A DNA stretch of 64,000 nt from the human T2T-CHM13v2.0 reference genome, Homo sapiens. Under the pieces are notes generated by a model, which saw only the letters and a list, made by a program, of their open reading frames with translations, made no database searches and was not told the origin of the DNA. Location of the stretch: assembly GCF_009914755.1 (NCBI RefSeq), contig NC_060929.1, one strand, 5' to 3'. This document shows, one piece after another, positions 44,598 through 60,337 of the stretch. Each line of letters begins with the position of its first letter. Position 1 is the stretch's first letter. The translations under genes and the position numbers were made by a program.

Positions 44598-47458
44598 TAG
44601 AATATGTTCTTGGCATCTTTGTCAAAAATGAGTTCACTATAGATGTGTGGATTTGTTTCTGCGTTCTCTATTTTGTTCCATTGGTCTATGTGTCTCTTTT
44701 TATACCAGTACCATGCTGTTTTCATTACTATATCTCTGGGTTCTGTAACCCAGCCTGTTTCCTAGGCCTTCAAATATAATTTGAAGTGAGGTAATGTGTC
44801 CTTTCATTTTGTTCTTTTTGCTTAGGATAGCTTTAGCTATACCAGGTCTTTTGTGGTTCCATATAAATTTTATAATTTCTTCTATTTCTGTGAAACATGT
44901 CATTGGTATTTTAATAAGGATTGCATTGAATTTGTAGATTGCTTTGGATAGTATGGACATTGTAACAATATTGATTTTGCCAATCCATGAACATAAATTA
45001 ATTTTTCAATTTTTTTTGTTGTTCTCTTCAATTTATAGTTTTCATTATGAAAACTTTCACTTCTTTGGTTAGTTCCTAGGTATTTAACTTTATGTGTGGC
45101 TATTGTAAATGAGATTTTTAAAAATTTCTTTTTCACATTGTTCACTCTTGGTGTACAGAAATGCTCCTGATTTTTGTATGTTGATCTTGTATCCTGCAAC
45201 TTTAGTGAATGTTTATCAGTTCTAATAGTTTTCTTGAGCAATCTTTAGGTTTTTCCAAAGATAAGATCATATCATCAGCAAACAAAAATAATTTGACATA
45301 TTCTTTTCCAATTTGGATGACTTTTTTTTGTTTGTTTTTTGTCTGATTGCTCTAACTAGGACTTCCAGTAATATGTTGAATAATGGTGGTGACAGTAGGC
45401 ATCCTTATCATGTCCGAGATCTTACAAAAAAGGCTGTCAGTTTTTCCCCATTCCATATGATGCTAGATGTGGGTCTGTCATATATGGCTTTTATTATGAT
45501 GAGCTATGTTCCTTCTATACAGTTTTTTGAGAGTTTTTATTATGAAGGGGCGTTGAATTTTATCAAATGCTTTTTCAGCATCAATTGAAATGATCATATA
45601 ATTTTGTCTTTCATTCTATTGATATGATGTGTCATGTTGATTGGTTTGCATATGTTGAACCATTCTTGCATCTCCTTTGTTGAGAATTTTTGCATGAATA
45701 TTCATCAAAGATATTGGCCTGTAGTTTCCATTTCTTTTTCTTTCTTTCTTTCTTCTTCTTTTTTTTGATGTATCTTTGTCAAGGTTTGGTATCAGGGTAA
45801 AACTGGCCTCACAGAATGAGTTTGGAAGTATTCTTTACTCCTTTATTTTTTGGAATAGTTTAAATAGGACTGATATTAGTTATTTAAGTGTTTGGTAGAA
45901 TTTAGCAGTGAAGTCATCAGGTCCTGGGCTTTTCTTTACTGGGATAGTTTTTATTATGGCTTTGATCTGGTTACTTGTTATTGGTCTGTTCAGGCTTTGG
46001 ATTTCTTCCTGCTTCAATCTTGGTAGGTGGTGTATATCTAGAAACTTGTCCATTTCTTCTAGATTTTCCAATTTATTGGCATATAGCTGCTTATAGTAGC
46101 CATTAACAATTCTTTGAATTGCTGCAGTACCAGTTATCATATTTCCTGTTTCATTTCTAATTTTATTTATTTTGATTCTCTTAGTCTGGCTAAAGATTTG
46201 TCAATTTTGTTTTTTTTAAAAAAACTTTTTGCTTCATTAATCTTTTGTATTGTATTTTTATTTCAATTTTATTTATTTCTGCTCTTATTTTTATTATTTA
46301 TTTTCTTCTACTAATTTTGGGTTTGGTTTGCTTTTATTTGAAATATTTCTTCTTTTTTGATGTAGGCACTTGTAACTGGATACTTCCCTCTGAGCACTGC
46401 TTTTGCCGTATCCCACAGGTTTTGGGATGTGTTTGCATTATCACTTGTTTCAATACAATTTTTCAATTTCCTTCTTAATTTGTTCATTGACACACTGGTG
46501 ATTCAGGAGCATATTGTTTAATGGTCATGTATTTGTATGGTTTCCAAAATTCTTCTTATTATTGAATTCTGGTTTTATTCCATTGTGGTCAGAGAAGATG
46601 CTTGATATTATTATTTTTTTGAATGTTGTTAAGACTTGTTTCATGACCTTACATATGGTCTATTCTTGAGAATGATTCATGTGCTGAGGAAAAGAATGTG
46701 TATTCTGTAGCCCTTGGATGAAATGTTGTGCAAATATCTATTAGATCCATTTGTTCTGTAGTGTAGATTAAGTCTGATGTTTCTTTGTTGATTTCTGTCT
46801 ATAAGACCTGTCCAATGCTGAAAGTGAGGTGTTAAAGTCTCCAGTTATTATTGTATTGGGGCCCATCTCTCTCTTTAACTCTAATAATATTTCCTTTATA
46901 TATCTGGATGCTCCAGTGTTGAGTGATATATGTTGAAAATTGTTATATCGTCTTCCTGAATTGACCCCTTTATCATTATATAGTGACCTTCTTTGTCTCT
47001 TCTTATAGCTTTTGTCTTGAAATCTATGTCTAAGTATAGCAACTCCTGCTCTTTTTGGGTTTTCATTCGCATGGATTATCTTTTTCCATCCTTTTCTTTT
47101 CAGTCTATGTGCATCTTCATAGGTGAAGTGTGTTTCTTGTAGGCAACAGATGAATGGGTCTTGTTTTTTTTTTTTAAATCTATTCAGCCAGGCTATGTCT
47201 TTTGATAGTAGATTTTAGTTCATTTACATTAAATGTTATTATTGATAAGTAAGGACTTAACTCCTGTTATTTTCTTATTTGTTTTCTGCTGTTTTGTGGT
47301 CTCTCTTTCTTTCCTGTCTGTCTTCCTCTAGTGAAGATGATTTTCTCTTGCGATATGATTTAACTTCTTGTTTCTTATTTTTTTCTGTATCCATTGTATG
47401 TTTTTTGATTTGAGTTTACCATGAGGCTTGCAAATGCTATCTTGCAACCCAGTATTTT

Positions 47459-47755
47459 TATTATTATTATTTTTTTGAGACGGAGTCTCGCTGTCGCCCA
47501 GGCTGGAGTGCAGGGACGCAATCTCTGCTCACTGCAGGCTCCACCCCCCAGAGTTTACACCATTCTCCTGCCTCAGCCTCCCGAGTAGCTGGGACTACAG
47601 GCGCCCACCACCTCGCCTGGCTAATTTTTTATACTTTTAGTAGAGACGGGGTTTCACCGTGTTAGTCAGGATGGTCTCGATCTCCTGACCTCGTGATCCG
47701 CTGCCTCGGCCTCCCAAAGTGCTGGGATTACAGGCGTGAGCCACCGCACCCAGCC
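47459..47755 (-). mobile_element. AluY, AluYe-like, nested in the L1
   Basis: Ye-type features: tctcgctgtcgccc (2-bp shorter), tgcaggctcc and ccacctcgcc. TSD caacccagtatttt at 47445-47458 and 47757-47770. Confidence 0.93.
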
Positions 47756-50700
47756 ACAACCCAGTATTTTAACCTTATAACAGCTTAACAGTATTTGCAT
47801 AAACTAATACAAATTCGCTTTAACTTTGTTCTCCAGCTTTTAAAATTTTTGTTTTTTCTATTTATATCTTATTGTACTGGCTATGTCTTGAAAAGCTGTT
47901 GTAGTTCTTATATTTGATTGGTTCATCATTTAGTCTTTCTACTTAAGATAAGAGTAGTTTGTACACCACATTCACAGTGTTTTGATATTCTGTGTAGTTA
48001 CTATTACCAGTGAGTTTTGTACCTTCAAATGATTTCTTCTTGCTCATTAACATCCTTTCTTTTTCACTGAAGTACCCTCTTTAGCATTTCTTGTAGGACA
48101 GGTCTGGTGTTGATAAAATCCTTCAGCTTTTGTTTGTCTAGAAAAGTCTTTCTTTATTCTTATGTTTAAAGAATGTTTTCATGGGATATACTATTCTAGC
48201 GTAAACTTTTTTTTCCTTCAGCACTTTAAATACGTCATGCCACTCTCTCCTGGCCTGTAAGGTTTCCACTGAAAAGTCTGGTGTCAGATGTATTGGAGCT
48301 CCATTGTATGTTATTTGTTTCTTTTCTCCTGCTGCTTTTAGGATCTTCTCTTTATTCTTGACCTTTGGGAGTTTGATTATTAAATGCCTTGAGATAGTCT
48401 TCTTCAGATTAAATATGCTTGGTGTCCTATAACCTTTTTGTACTTGGATATTGATATCTTTAGATTTGAGAAGTACTCTGTTACTATTCCTTTGAATAAA
48501 CTTTCTATCCCTGTCTCTTTTTCTACCTCCTTTTTAAGGCCCATAACTCTCAGTTTTGCCCTTTTGAGGCTATTTTCTATTTCCTCTACGTGTGCTTCAT
48601 TGTCTTTTTAAATTCCTTTTTTTAATCTCTTCTGGCTGTGTATTTGCAAGTAGCTTGTCTTCAAGCTCACCTATTCTTTCTTCTGCTTGATCTACTCTGC
48701 TATTAAAGGACTCTGATGTATTCTTTAGTGTGCCAATGGAATTTTTCAGCTCCAGAATTTCTGCTTGATTCATTGTAATTATTCAATCTCTTTGTTAAAT
48801 TTATCCAATAGAATTCTAAATTCCTTCTCTGTGTTATTTTGAATTTCTTTGAGTTTACTCAACACAATTATTTTGCGTTCTCTGCCTGAAAAGTTACATA
48901 TCTCTGTTTCTCCAGGATTGGTCCCTGGTGCCTTATTTAGTTTAGTCGGTGAAGTCATGGTTTCCTGTATGGTGCTGGTACTAGTAGATGTTCTTTGGTG
49001 TCTGGGCATTGAAGAATTAGGTATTTATTGTAGTCTTCACTGCCTTGGCTTATTTGTAGCTGTCCTTCTTGGGAAGGCTTTGCAGATATTTGAAAGGACT
49101 TGCGTGTTGTGATCTAAACTGTTTCTGCTTTAGGGGGCACCCTAAGCCCAGTAACACTGTTGTTCTTGCAGACTCCTAGATATACAAGGTGTTCTTGCAT
49201 AACACCTTGATGGTCTTGGGCAAGATCTGGGAGAATTCTCTAGACTACCAGGCAGAGACTCTTGTTCTCTTCCCTCACTTTCTACAAAACATATAGGGTC
49301 TCTTTCTCTGTTCTGAGCTACCAAAAGCTGGGGGTGAGATGACACGAACATCCCTGTGTTTACCACCACTACAACTGGGCTGCGTTAGACCTGAAGCCAG
49401 CATAGTGCTGGGTCTCACCCAAGGCCTGTTGTACCCACTCCCTAGTTAATGCCTGTGTTCGCTTAAGGCCCTGGGGCTCTGCAATCAGTAGGTGGTAAAG
49501 CCATTCAGGTCTCTGTCCTTCCCTTCAGGGAAGTGAGGTCTGCCAGGCCCCAGGTGGGTCCAGAAGTGTCATCCGGGAGTCAGGGACTAGAGTACAAAAT
49601 CTTAGAAGTATACCTGGTATTCTATTGTATTGCAGCTCAGCTGGCACTTAAACTACATGGTGCAGTTCTTCCCACTGTTTCCTCTCCTTTCCAAAAAAGA
49701 GAGGAGTATCACCCTATAGCCCCTGCCAACCCTGGCCACAAGGAGAACTCCCAGACTACCACTGATGTTCCCTTAAGGCCCAAGGTCTCTTAAGTTAGCT
49801 TGTAGTGAATGCTGCCTGGCTTGGGACTCACCCTTCAGGGCAATGGGCTCTCCTCTGACTTAGGGCAGGTCCAGAACTGCTGTCCAAGAGTCAAACCCTG
49901 GAACCGGGGACCCCAAGAGTCTGCTTAGTGCTCTACTGTGGTGGTGTTGGTACCTAAGGTGCAAGATGTCTCCTTTGCTTTTCCCTCTGCTTTTCTCAAG
50001 CAGGAGGAGTTTTGCCCCGTAGCCACCATACCCTATAATGTGCTGGGTCTCACCTGAAGCCAGCAAGTCTCAGAGGCTCACCAACGCCCTCGATCTAGTA
50101 CTTGGGATGTTGCTGTTGGTTATTCAGGGCCCAAGGGCTCTTCAGTTAGCAGGTGATGCATACTGGCAGGAATGGGTTCTTTCCTTCGAGGTAGCTGGTT
50201 CCCTTCTGGCCCAAGATGTGTCTAGAAATGTCATCTGGGAGTTAGGGCCTCAAATGGGAGCCTCCTGACTCTGACTGATGCCCTATACTGCTGTAGCTGA
50301 GCTGGTATCCAAGATGCAGGACAAAGTCCTCCCTACTCTTGCCTTTTCTCTCTTTGAGTGGAGGGAAGGGTCTCTTTTGGAGCTGTGAACTGTGCAGCCC
50401 GGGGTTAGGGGATGGCACTTTGGCTCTCTGTGGCAATGTTTGCACACAGTGAAGTTCAGACCACTGGGATTGGTGATTCCGCTCTGGGTAGGGGTGGTTT
50501 AAAGGCTCCCTTTGTGGGTGGGCATTAACTGAGTTTGGTCCAGTTTTCCTTTCTGCTCTAACAAGAAAGCACTGAGTTCAATGCCTTATAATTGCTGTGT
50601 TCTCCCTCTCCTAGTGCCCAGAGATGCTCTCTGCACCTTGCCTCCACTGCTGGGGGTGGGGAGGGATGGCATGAGTGATTCAAGGCTATTTTTGCTATCT

Positions 50701-51569
50701 CTTCAGTGTCTCTTTCAGCGATATGAAGTTAAAACCAGGTACCATGAGTGCTCACCTAATTTTTGGTTCTTATGAAGGTATTTTGTGTGTGTGTGTAGAT
50801 AGTTGTTGACTTGGTGTTTTTGCCCCAGGGGATAATTGGTGGAGTTTTCTCTTCTGACATCTTGCTGGAGCAAGATGAAAATGTTGACTCAATTAGTTCT
50901 TAAGGTCACAGGAGTATAAACCCTCTGCATGGAACTTGTTTCACTATCTGGTTTGTGTTCCCAATGTCCTGCCAAATGGCACATGTTTTCTAAAAATAGA
51001 CAACACATTTTATTGCTGCTAAATAGACATAAACCCAAAAGTTAACAGTTACAAAATTTCTTCTACAAAATCTATTATCAAATACATGTTAAAAACTTGT
51101 TTCCCAATCTCATGTATTTTTTTCTATGCAATAGATTTTTTCTTTTAATCAAAACTGCCTACCAGTCATTAAAATTCTAAAACCTTTAAGGATACATAGA
51201 AATGTTTTGTCAACTATAAAGTTTCTATGCTACAGTGATAAATTAGTTATATTATTCATGTTTGTTTATAATTTTCATAGTACCCTGCAGATATGAGTGG
51301 CAAGTTATAGGAAAGATTTACATCTAATACCTCAGAATTTCCTAATAGAAGTTGATTGGTTAATCTGGCAGTATTAAGTAGCTGCCATGATCTCCTTCAG
51401 CTTCTTGTCCTCCCCAGCTCCATTTGACTAGGCTCCCAGCAGGGATAGAAGCACAGTGGTCATCGAGTAGGGATAGCAGTCACAGCAGTCTCCCTACCTT
51501 TCTCAGGGAGAAGGAATCTGCTCCTGGAGGATAATTATCAGAACTGATATTTGCATGGCTTTTGGCAAG

Positions 51570-51815
51570 TGTAAAGTATATATCCCACATTATCTTTAGA
51601 ATAAACATAGCAGGTAAGTTGGGATGGTTGTTATTTTTGTCCTTGCTGATGCTAGTATTATTATTATTCTTTATTACTTCTGATAGAGATAGAAATTGAG
51701 ATACAGACAAAAAAGAAAACTATTTTAGAAAACTTACATGGGTTGCCCAGTGTCCCATACATAGTAAGTGGCAAAGCATAGACTTGAATCTTGATCCTTG
51801 AACTCTAAACCCTTT
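51570..51815 (-). mobile_element. MIR fragment
   Basis: ttgcccagtgtcccatacatagtaagtggcaaagc resembles the antisense MIR core. Confidence 0.55.
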
Positions 51816-52815
51816 TTTCTTTTCTATTGGCAAACCTGAATGCCCACTTAAGGCTAGGCATTAGACTAGTCCCCTTACCATAACTAACTGATAATTGTGA
51901 ATTTGTGACATATTTCCACTTTTTCAGAGTTAAAGCATGTTGAGTATCTTCCTATTCTTGATGCTTGAATAATAGCTTCGGTTGTAGCACAATCCACAGT
52001 ACAATTTTATACTGCATATCTCCAGGTTTCTTTTTTCTTTCTTGGCTTTTATTCATCCTGATGGGCAAATTCCTATGTTAATCTTTCTCTCTTAGTGTTC
52101 TTTGTTGAGAAGTATTTTCACTGTGGGACATCCTCTCTCACTACTTTATAGGCAGCTTCTTTTTTCTCAGTAGTGAACACACTGTGCTAAGCGATGTGTC
52201 AAGTTTGTTTTATCTTCTTCAGGCGTTTGAAGTTCTAGTAAAAAGACTGACTACCCAAGGGCATCACCCTTTCTGGTAGGGTTCTGTGTTGCTAGCTTAG
52301 ATGTATGAGGCCCATTTAAAACCATCTTTACGGGGCTTCTCATGAAACGACTCTTACAATATTAAAGGTTTTAAAATTTTATTTTAAAACTCTCTTTTTG
52401 AAATCATTAAAGTTTTATTTTTATCAGAGAAATATATGTCTATATTACAAAGTAAGAAAGACAGAATAGTTTTAAATACATAATGAGTTTTTTTTGTCCT
52501 CACTCCATCCTATTCTCACACCTACTTACCACGGGCAACCTATTATTTTAATTGTATCTGTTTCTAGTTATTCTAGTCATTACCTTTATCACTGTAAATA
52601 CTATGATAATTCCTTTATTTTTTGATTTATGATCACTAGAGAAGAGCTGCTGACATTACCTGCATTCCTAAGGAATGCATTTGTCTCCCTTGCATAATTT
52701 CCACCACTTTGCCCCATTTTCCTTCTTTCCATTTCTTCTAATTTGTAAAATTTCCTATTGGTTCCCATTCTAACTTGCAGTAATATCCATATATATTTAT
52801 TATTTGACATTCACT

Positions 52816-53114
52816 TTATTTTATTTTATTTTTTGAGACAGGGTCTTGCTCTGTCACCTAGGCTGGAGTATAGTGGTGTGGTCACAGCCTCGACTTCCTT
52901 GACTCAGGTGATTCTCTCACCTCAGCCTCTTGAGTAGATGGGACTAAATGTGCACGCCACCATGCCTGGCTATTTTTTTTTTTTTTTGTATTTTTGCAGA
53001 GATGGGGTCTCTCCATGTTGTCCAGGCTAGTCTTGAACTCTTAGGCTCAAACGATCCTCCTGCCTTGGCCTCCCAAAGTGCTGGGATTATAGGCGTGAGC
53101 CACTGTGCCTGGCC
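52816..53114 (-). mobile_element. AluJ
   Basis: gagacagggtcttgc and ggctcaaacgatcctcc J-type diagnostics; degenerate TSD acat(t/c)cacttt. Confidence 0.93.
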
Positions 53115-53569
53115 AATTTTACATCCACTTTCAATATTCTCCTTTGAATCCCTGATATGTAAGATGGATGTTTTAGAGTCACTAACTTTTCCACACAACT
53201 GTCTTTCCATCACTCAACTTCTAGCAGTTATAACTCTACATTTGTCAAATTGAAAACATTTGCAATTTATTTTGTAATCATAATTAATCTTGTGCATTTC
53301 TATAGGCTAATTCTTAAATCTGAAAATTAATAAAAAGTGTTTACATCATTATATCAAAATTGTAATAAGTTACAAACTTATTACATCATAATAAGTTTTT
53401 ATTTCTGTCTCCTCGGGGAAGAGTGTGGCATCAAGGCCAAATGAAGCATTTTTTCTTACACTTCAACATTTTCTCATAATCTTGCACATTTTAGTTAGCA
53501 ACATTTTAGAGTCATGACTCTTCTGCATAGTTTTCATTTTCCTGGGTTTTTTTGGTTGCTTTTTCTTTC

Positions 53570-54290
53570 TTCAAGATTTTCTCCTTGTCTTTGATTTTCT
53601 GCATTTGAATATGACATGTTTATTGTCAAATTTTTAGTATTCATTCTGCTTGATGTTCTTTGCACTTTGTAGATTTGTGGTTTGGTGTCTGTCATTAATT
53701 CTGGAAAATTCTCAGCCATTATAACTTCAAATATTTCTTCCTTTTCTCTCTCTCTTTTCCTTCTGCAATTCTCATTATGCAATTTACACCTCTTGTAATT
53801 GGACCACAGTTCTTGGACATTTGATTTCATCTATTTTTCTTTTTTCTTTTAAGTTTGGACTCTTTTACTGGCGTATCTTTAAGCTCACTGATTCTTTCTT
53901 CAGTCATATTCAGTCTACTGATGATCTCATAGAAGGCAGTCTTTATTTCTGTTACAGTGTTTTTATTTCTAGCATTTCCTTTTGATTCTTTCTTAGTTTC
54001 CATCTCTTTGCTTATGTTACCCATCTGTTCTTGCATGTTGTCCCCTTTTTCCCATTAGAACTCTTAGCAAGTTAATCATAGTTATTTTAAATCCCTAGTC
54101 TGATAATTCTAAAATCTCTGCCATATCTAAATCTGGTTCTAATGTTTGCTCTGTTTCTTCAAGCTGTGATTTTTTTTTTTTTCATTTTAGCATGCTTTGT
54201 AATTTTTTTTTGTTGAAAGCCAGACATGATGTATTGGGTAAAAGTAACTGAGGTAAGTTTTATGTTTATCTGGCTAGGAGTTAGGCTGTG
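53570..54290 (-). mobile_element. Old L1 (L1MB/MC-like) ORF1 region
   Basis: ORF fragments EEIFEVIMAENFPELMTDTKPQI and SRLNMTEERISELKD are ORF1p-like. Confidence 0.8.
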
Positions 54291-54851
54291 AGTAGAAAAA
54301 AAAAACTTTAACATTTCTTGCATGTATAAAAATGCCATCTTACCATTCCCTTCCCTGATGGATAATTTGGGTATTCTAAGTTTAAAATAATTTTCAGTGT
54401 GGCTGATGAAGTCTGAGGCCAATATGATTATAATGTCTTTAGAGACGTAACTTTTTAAGCTATGATGAATTTTTGGAACTTTCATTTTTACTATGGGTAT
54501 TCTGAAATTTTACAAATAAGTCTTTAGGTGTGGGCTTTTCATTCATTTGCTCAGGGACCAAGGAGATCTTCCAATCTGAAAATCGTTTATCTCCAACTCT
54601 AGTAAGTTTTTATTCTTTCTTTGATAACTTCAAATCCTTTACTTTTCTGAAACTTGATTATTTTTTCATGATTAAGAATAAAGGGCACAGTTTGATTAAG
54701 CTAGTAGTCAATGTACATTTTCTTCTACTGTTGTGTCAGCAGAAGTGTTTTTTCTATGTTTCTCATCTAAATGAGAAGTCTGTGTTTGTGGGCAGAACTT
54801 GTTGACGGGCAGCTTTCTTTTCAGACTATGTAAGCAGAGGTGAGCAAGGGA

Positions 54852-55156
54852 TTTTTTTTTTTTTTTTTTTTTTTGAGACAGAGTCTTACTCTGTCGCCCA
54901 GGCTGGAGTGCAGTGGCAATCTTGGCTCACTGCAATCTTTGCCTTCCGGGTTCAAGCAATTCTCCTGCCTCAGCCTCCCAAGTAGCTGTGACTACAGGCG
55001 TGCACCACCATACCTGGCTGATTTTTGTATTTTTAGTAGAGATGGGGTTTCACCAGGTTGGCCAGGATGGTCTCGATCTCTTGATCTTGTGATCCACCCA
55101 CCTTGGCCTCCCAAACAAAGTGCTGGGATTACAGGCGTGAGCCACCGCACCGAGCC
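54852..55156 (-). mobile_element. AluSc-like
   Basis: ggccaggatggtctcgatctcttga diagnostic; long T tail; approximate TSD caaggg(g)at. Confidence 0.94.
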
Positions 55157-56689
55157 CCAAGGGGATCCTTAAGTGCCTAAATAAGTGCTTTCATCTGGGA
55201 GTACCAACCTGTACCCTGGAAGCTTATGTGCAGTTAATTGGATTGCCTTAGAGATGACCTCTGCCCTTGCTCTGCACGAAGTATTTTACCTGTGAATAGA
55301 CACCCAGAAGAAAGCTGTGTGGTTGAGACAGGAACCGGATACAGTAACCAGCAGAGGTTGCTGCACAGTTAAACCGCTTGTGTTCTGTCCTGTTCCCACT
55401 GCTAGCCTCAGTGTGTGCTCACTTTCAGCTTCCGGTCTCTGAAGTTCAGTCACTGGGCTCAACTTTCAGCTTCACTACATCCAGCATTTCCCCTAGTTTT
55501 ATCCATCGACTTGCTTGAATCCACTGTTTCCTAGAAATTCATTGAAATCCTTTGCGAGCTGATGACTATGCCTCGTTCTTTGCATTGTTATAGTTCTATT
55601 CATTTTGTATGTTTATTGTGTTGTTTCAACAGGCTGGTGAAAAAGAGAGATAAATGTGGATGCTTAGTCCATCTCTTTGAACCCAGAGTCTTCTAATTTA
55701 AAATTTGTCTTAGTTATCTAAATAATATATGAAAAATTGTTACCGTAAAATTCTAAGAACACAATTATACAGAATAAAAAGTTAAAATCTGCCTTTATCT
55801 CTGTCCCACTTTCCCTCCAGCTGCTCATCATCAGTTGACCTTTGCCATATGCAAGCCCCACTTACCCACCTACTTACTTCCTCACATATAACTACTGTTG
55901 GTAGTTTGGTATATAACTCAGTAGACTTTTCTCAATGTATTTTGAATCAAATATAATTATAAAGGTTTGTTCCCTGTTATAATAAGTACATTTATACTCC
56001 ATGTATCATTTATGTAGCTTGCCATTATTATAGAATGACTACATTTCTTCCTCAAATTAGCTGAAATAAACTTGGATTGAATCCTTTCCCTTAAGATAGC
56101 TATTTTGGATATCGAAAGTTTGATATTAAGTCATAATTATCTGATAATCATTTTGTAATTTAGATTTTATTTATTTTTAATTAAATTATTCCTGTTAAGC
56201 ATTTTTCCCTTTTACTATAAATTATGCAAAAAATAGAAGTTCTAGGCTACTTATAATAAAAGCATTTTGGCTTTTATTAACATCGTTTTTTAAAAGAAGA
56301 AATTGCAGTTCAGAAATACTGTGATTTTCACAAGGTCACATGGATAATGATCAGAGGACAAGAGTTTCCTGACTCCTATCACAGTGTTCTCCAGCCAGAC
56401 AATGTTTCCTTCTAACTGAAAACTCTGCTTCTCCCAGGAGAAAAATAAAACTACTAACAAATATGAGTGAACCTTTCAACTAGAATAAAACAAAGACTCT
56501 ATAAAAAAATATGTAAGGGGGCATTTATGTGAGAAATATATCCAGTAGCTCTTGGCACATGCACAGTTAAAAATTATCATATAATAAGCAAAGATAATCT
56601 GGAGAGTGTGTGTAAATCTTTTCTGACAATTTTCCTGACAACCTGCCCCATCCTGCCCAGCCCAGATAGTTAAACAGTTAATCTCTCCC

Positions 56690-56868
56690 TTTTCTAAACT
56701 TTATTATCCTTTTGACTCTGAATTATGACTTGTTTCATGTCCATATCCTCTCTTAGTAGCAAACTCCTTGATTACAGGGACTTTGTCTTATTCATACCTG
56801 AACCCTAGCACCTGGGGCAATACATGGAATGTGCAAGGTGCTCACTAAATGTTTCTTGAATGAATAGA
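56690..56868 (+). mobile_element. L2 3' end
   Basis: aaactccttgattacagggactttgtc...ctcactaaatgtttcttgaatgaat. Confidence 0.75.
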
Positions 56869-57169
56869 CACCTTGAATTACTATGCCAAATTCTTTAAAT
56901 TTGACCCCTAAGGATAACTAACTGTGGGCTGTGACAAATATTAATTCTATGAATAATCTTATAGGAAGGAGATTCTAAGTATTTTTTATGATAGTTATGA
57001 GATAAGACAGTGTAATAGCCTCATAATTTAAAGCAAACTAGGAAAGAAGTTTGTATCTATTTTTTTCACTCTGAATTTGTAGACAGAAAACATTACAGTT
57101 TTAGAACTTGCACAAAAATAAGCATATCACCCAATAAAAACATTCAACTATGTTTTGGGCTGACTATAT

Positions 57170-57480
57170 TTTAAAATCTCCCTTGCTAATCAGCACCCCT
57201 CACCTATTGCTTAAAGTATGGGCTAAAGTATCTAGCTGAAATTTAATAATGTTTTGCTTTCATTGTTTTTTATTTAATTGCAATAACCTGCCATTTATGG
57301 TTAATGACAGCTTTTTATTCATAGTATTGGCATTAAATTTCCCTTTAATGATAAACTAATTTATATTTTAAAGTGGGCCAATTCAAAGAATGACAGTAAG
57401 GAAAGGATAGTACAGGGAGTGCCACATGATATTAATTGTGGCAGTTGCATATGAATGGCTAAAGCTTGGGCATACTAGGT
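57170..57480. mobile_element. Possible hAT-Charlie remnant
   Basis: End resembles recalled Charlie4-type termini (gaatggctaaagcttgggcatact); weak. Confidence 0.35.
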
Positions 57481-57739
57481 TATAGTGTAAGGCCAGAGCT
57501 GGTGTCTAATTCCAGTAACAGCTCAACCAAAGCCACATTTGTACAGCTAGAGAGTCTGACTCAGTAGCTTTAGTGTGACTCCTAAATGGGTTGTGGATGG
57601 AGAACTAGGATTTCTGGCCTAATGTGAATGAATGTGGAGTCTTGCCGAAGTCCTGTGAAGCTTTAGAAGACCAGGGCTGTGAAGGGCAGGCCTAGCTAGA
57701 GTCCTGAAGGCCACTTACAGTGGACTTTTTTCTCAATTT

Positions 57740-59273
<1,534 letters not shown>

Positions 59274-60165
59274 AACCAAGTAAGGCCATGAAGTTGGTGT
59301 TGGAAGAGCGCAAAGGTAATGAGATTTGAGCACGCCAAGGGCAAATGGTCTTTTCACTATTTAGCTATGGTGAGAGTGAGTGGCTTTTCTGGCTACTGAA
59401 TTGGAACTAGAGATACCAGAGAGAGTGAGATTAAGAGTAACTGGCGATATTGCTTCTTTGAATGTTTCTATTCTCTAATTTGCACTTCTCCTCATGGGCT
59501 AGGTTTTTGGTGTGAGAGTACATTTATAGGAAATGGTTAATTGTGGGATTTGGAATATAGCAGCTTTGCTGGATTAAAAGTATTTTCAATGGCTGGGAAG
59601 ATTTTCCTAGGGTGAAAATACTTACTCAAAGGTCGTTTCTATATTCAAATAAATGGTTTTCTGATGGCATAAACTAGATATTTTGTAAGGTACTTGCAAA
59701 AAAAATAAATCTTTGTTCATTTAAAAATCATACATTTGTGTGCAAGTAAAACTGCCTGTCATGATTTGAAAGGATTATTTATGGTTTCTAAACATTCGTC
59801 TCTCCCAACTTGGCTCATATATTGCCTTTACAAAGTGGAAACTGAATTCCATTAGAATGTTCTATTTTTCAATATATACACCTTGTTATATTGTATTGTA
59901 ATATGATTACTTTCAGTTTCCCTACTTGCTATATTAGAAACTGCCAAAACACATTAAATAATGTTTAAGTTTTTACTATAAATGTACTGATGACTGTGAC
60001 TAATACTCTTGGTGATCATTTCAAAGGTAATCTTTAGTAACAGTAATGTTTTGCATTGACCCAAGAAGAAAATAGTTCATAGTAATGTAGAAAATAATAA
60101 TTATGAAAAATGGTTATACAATATACTCTCCAAGACCTTACAAGGTGGAAAGCAGAAGTGTAGCA

Positions 60166-60337
60166 TTTACTTTATGTATTTTACTTTTTTGAGACAGGGT
60201 TTCACTCTGTCACCCATGCTGGAGTGCGGTGGCGCAATCAGGACTCGCTGCACCTTCAAACTCCTGGGCTCAAGCGAGTCTCCTGGTTCAGTTTCACAAA
60301 GTGCTGGGATTACAGGCATGAGACACCATGCCTGGCC
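60166..60337 (-). mobile_element. Alu monomer (FAM/FRAM-like)
   Basis: Single 7SL-derived arm with T tail; TSD agaagtgtag at 60154-60163 and 60338-60347. Confidence 0.85.
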
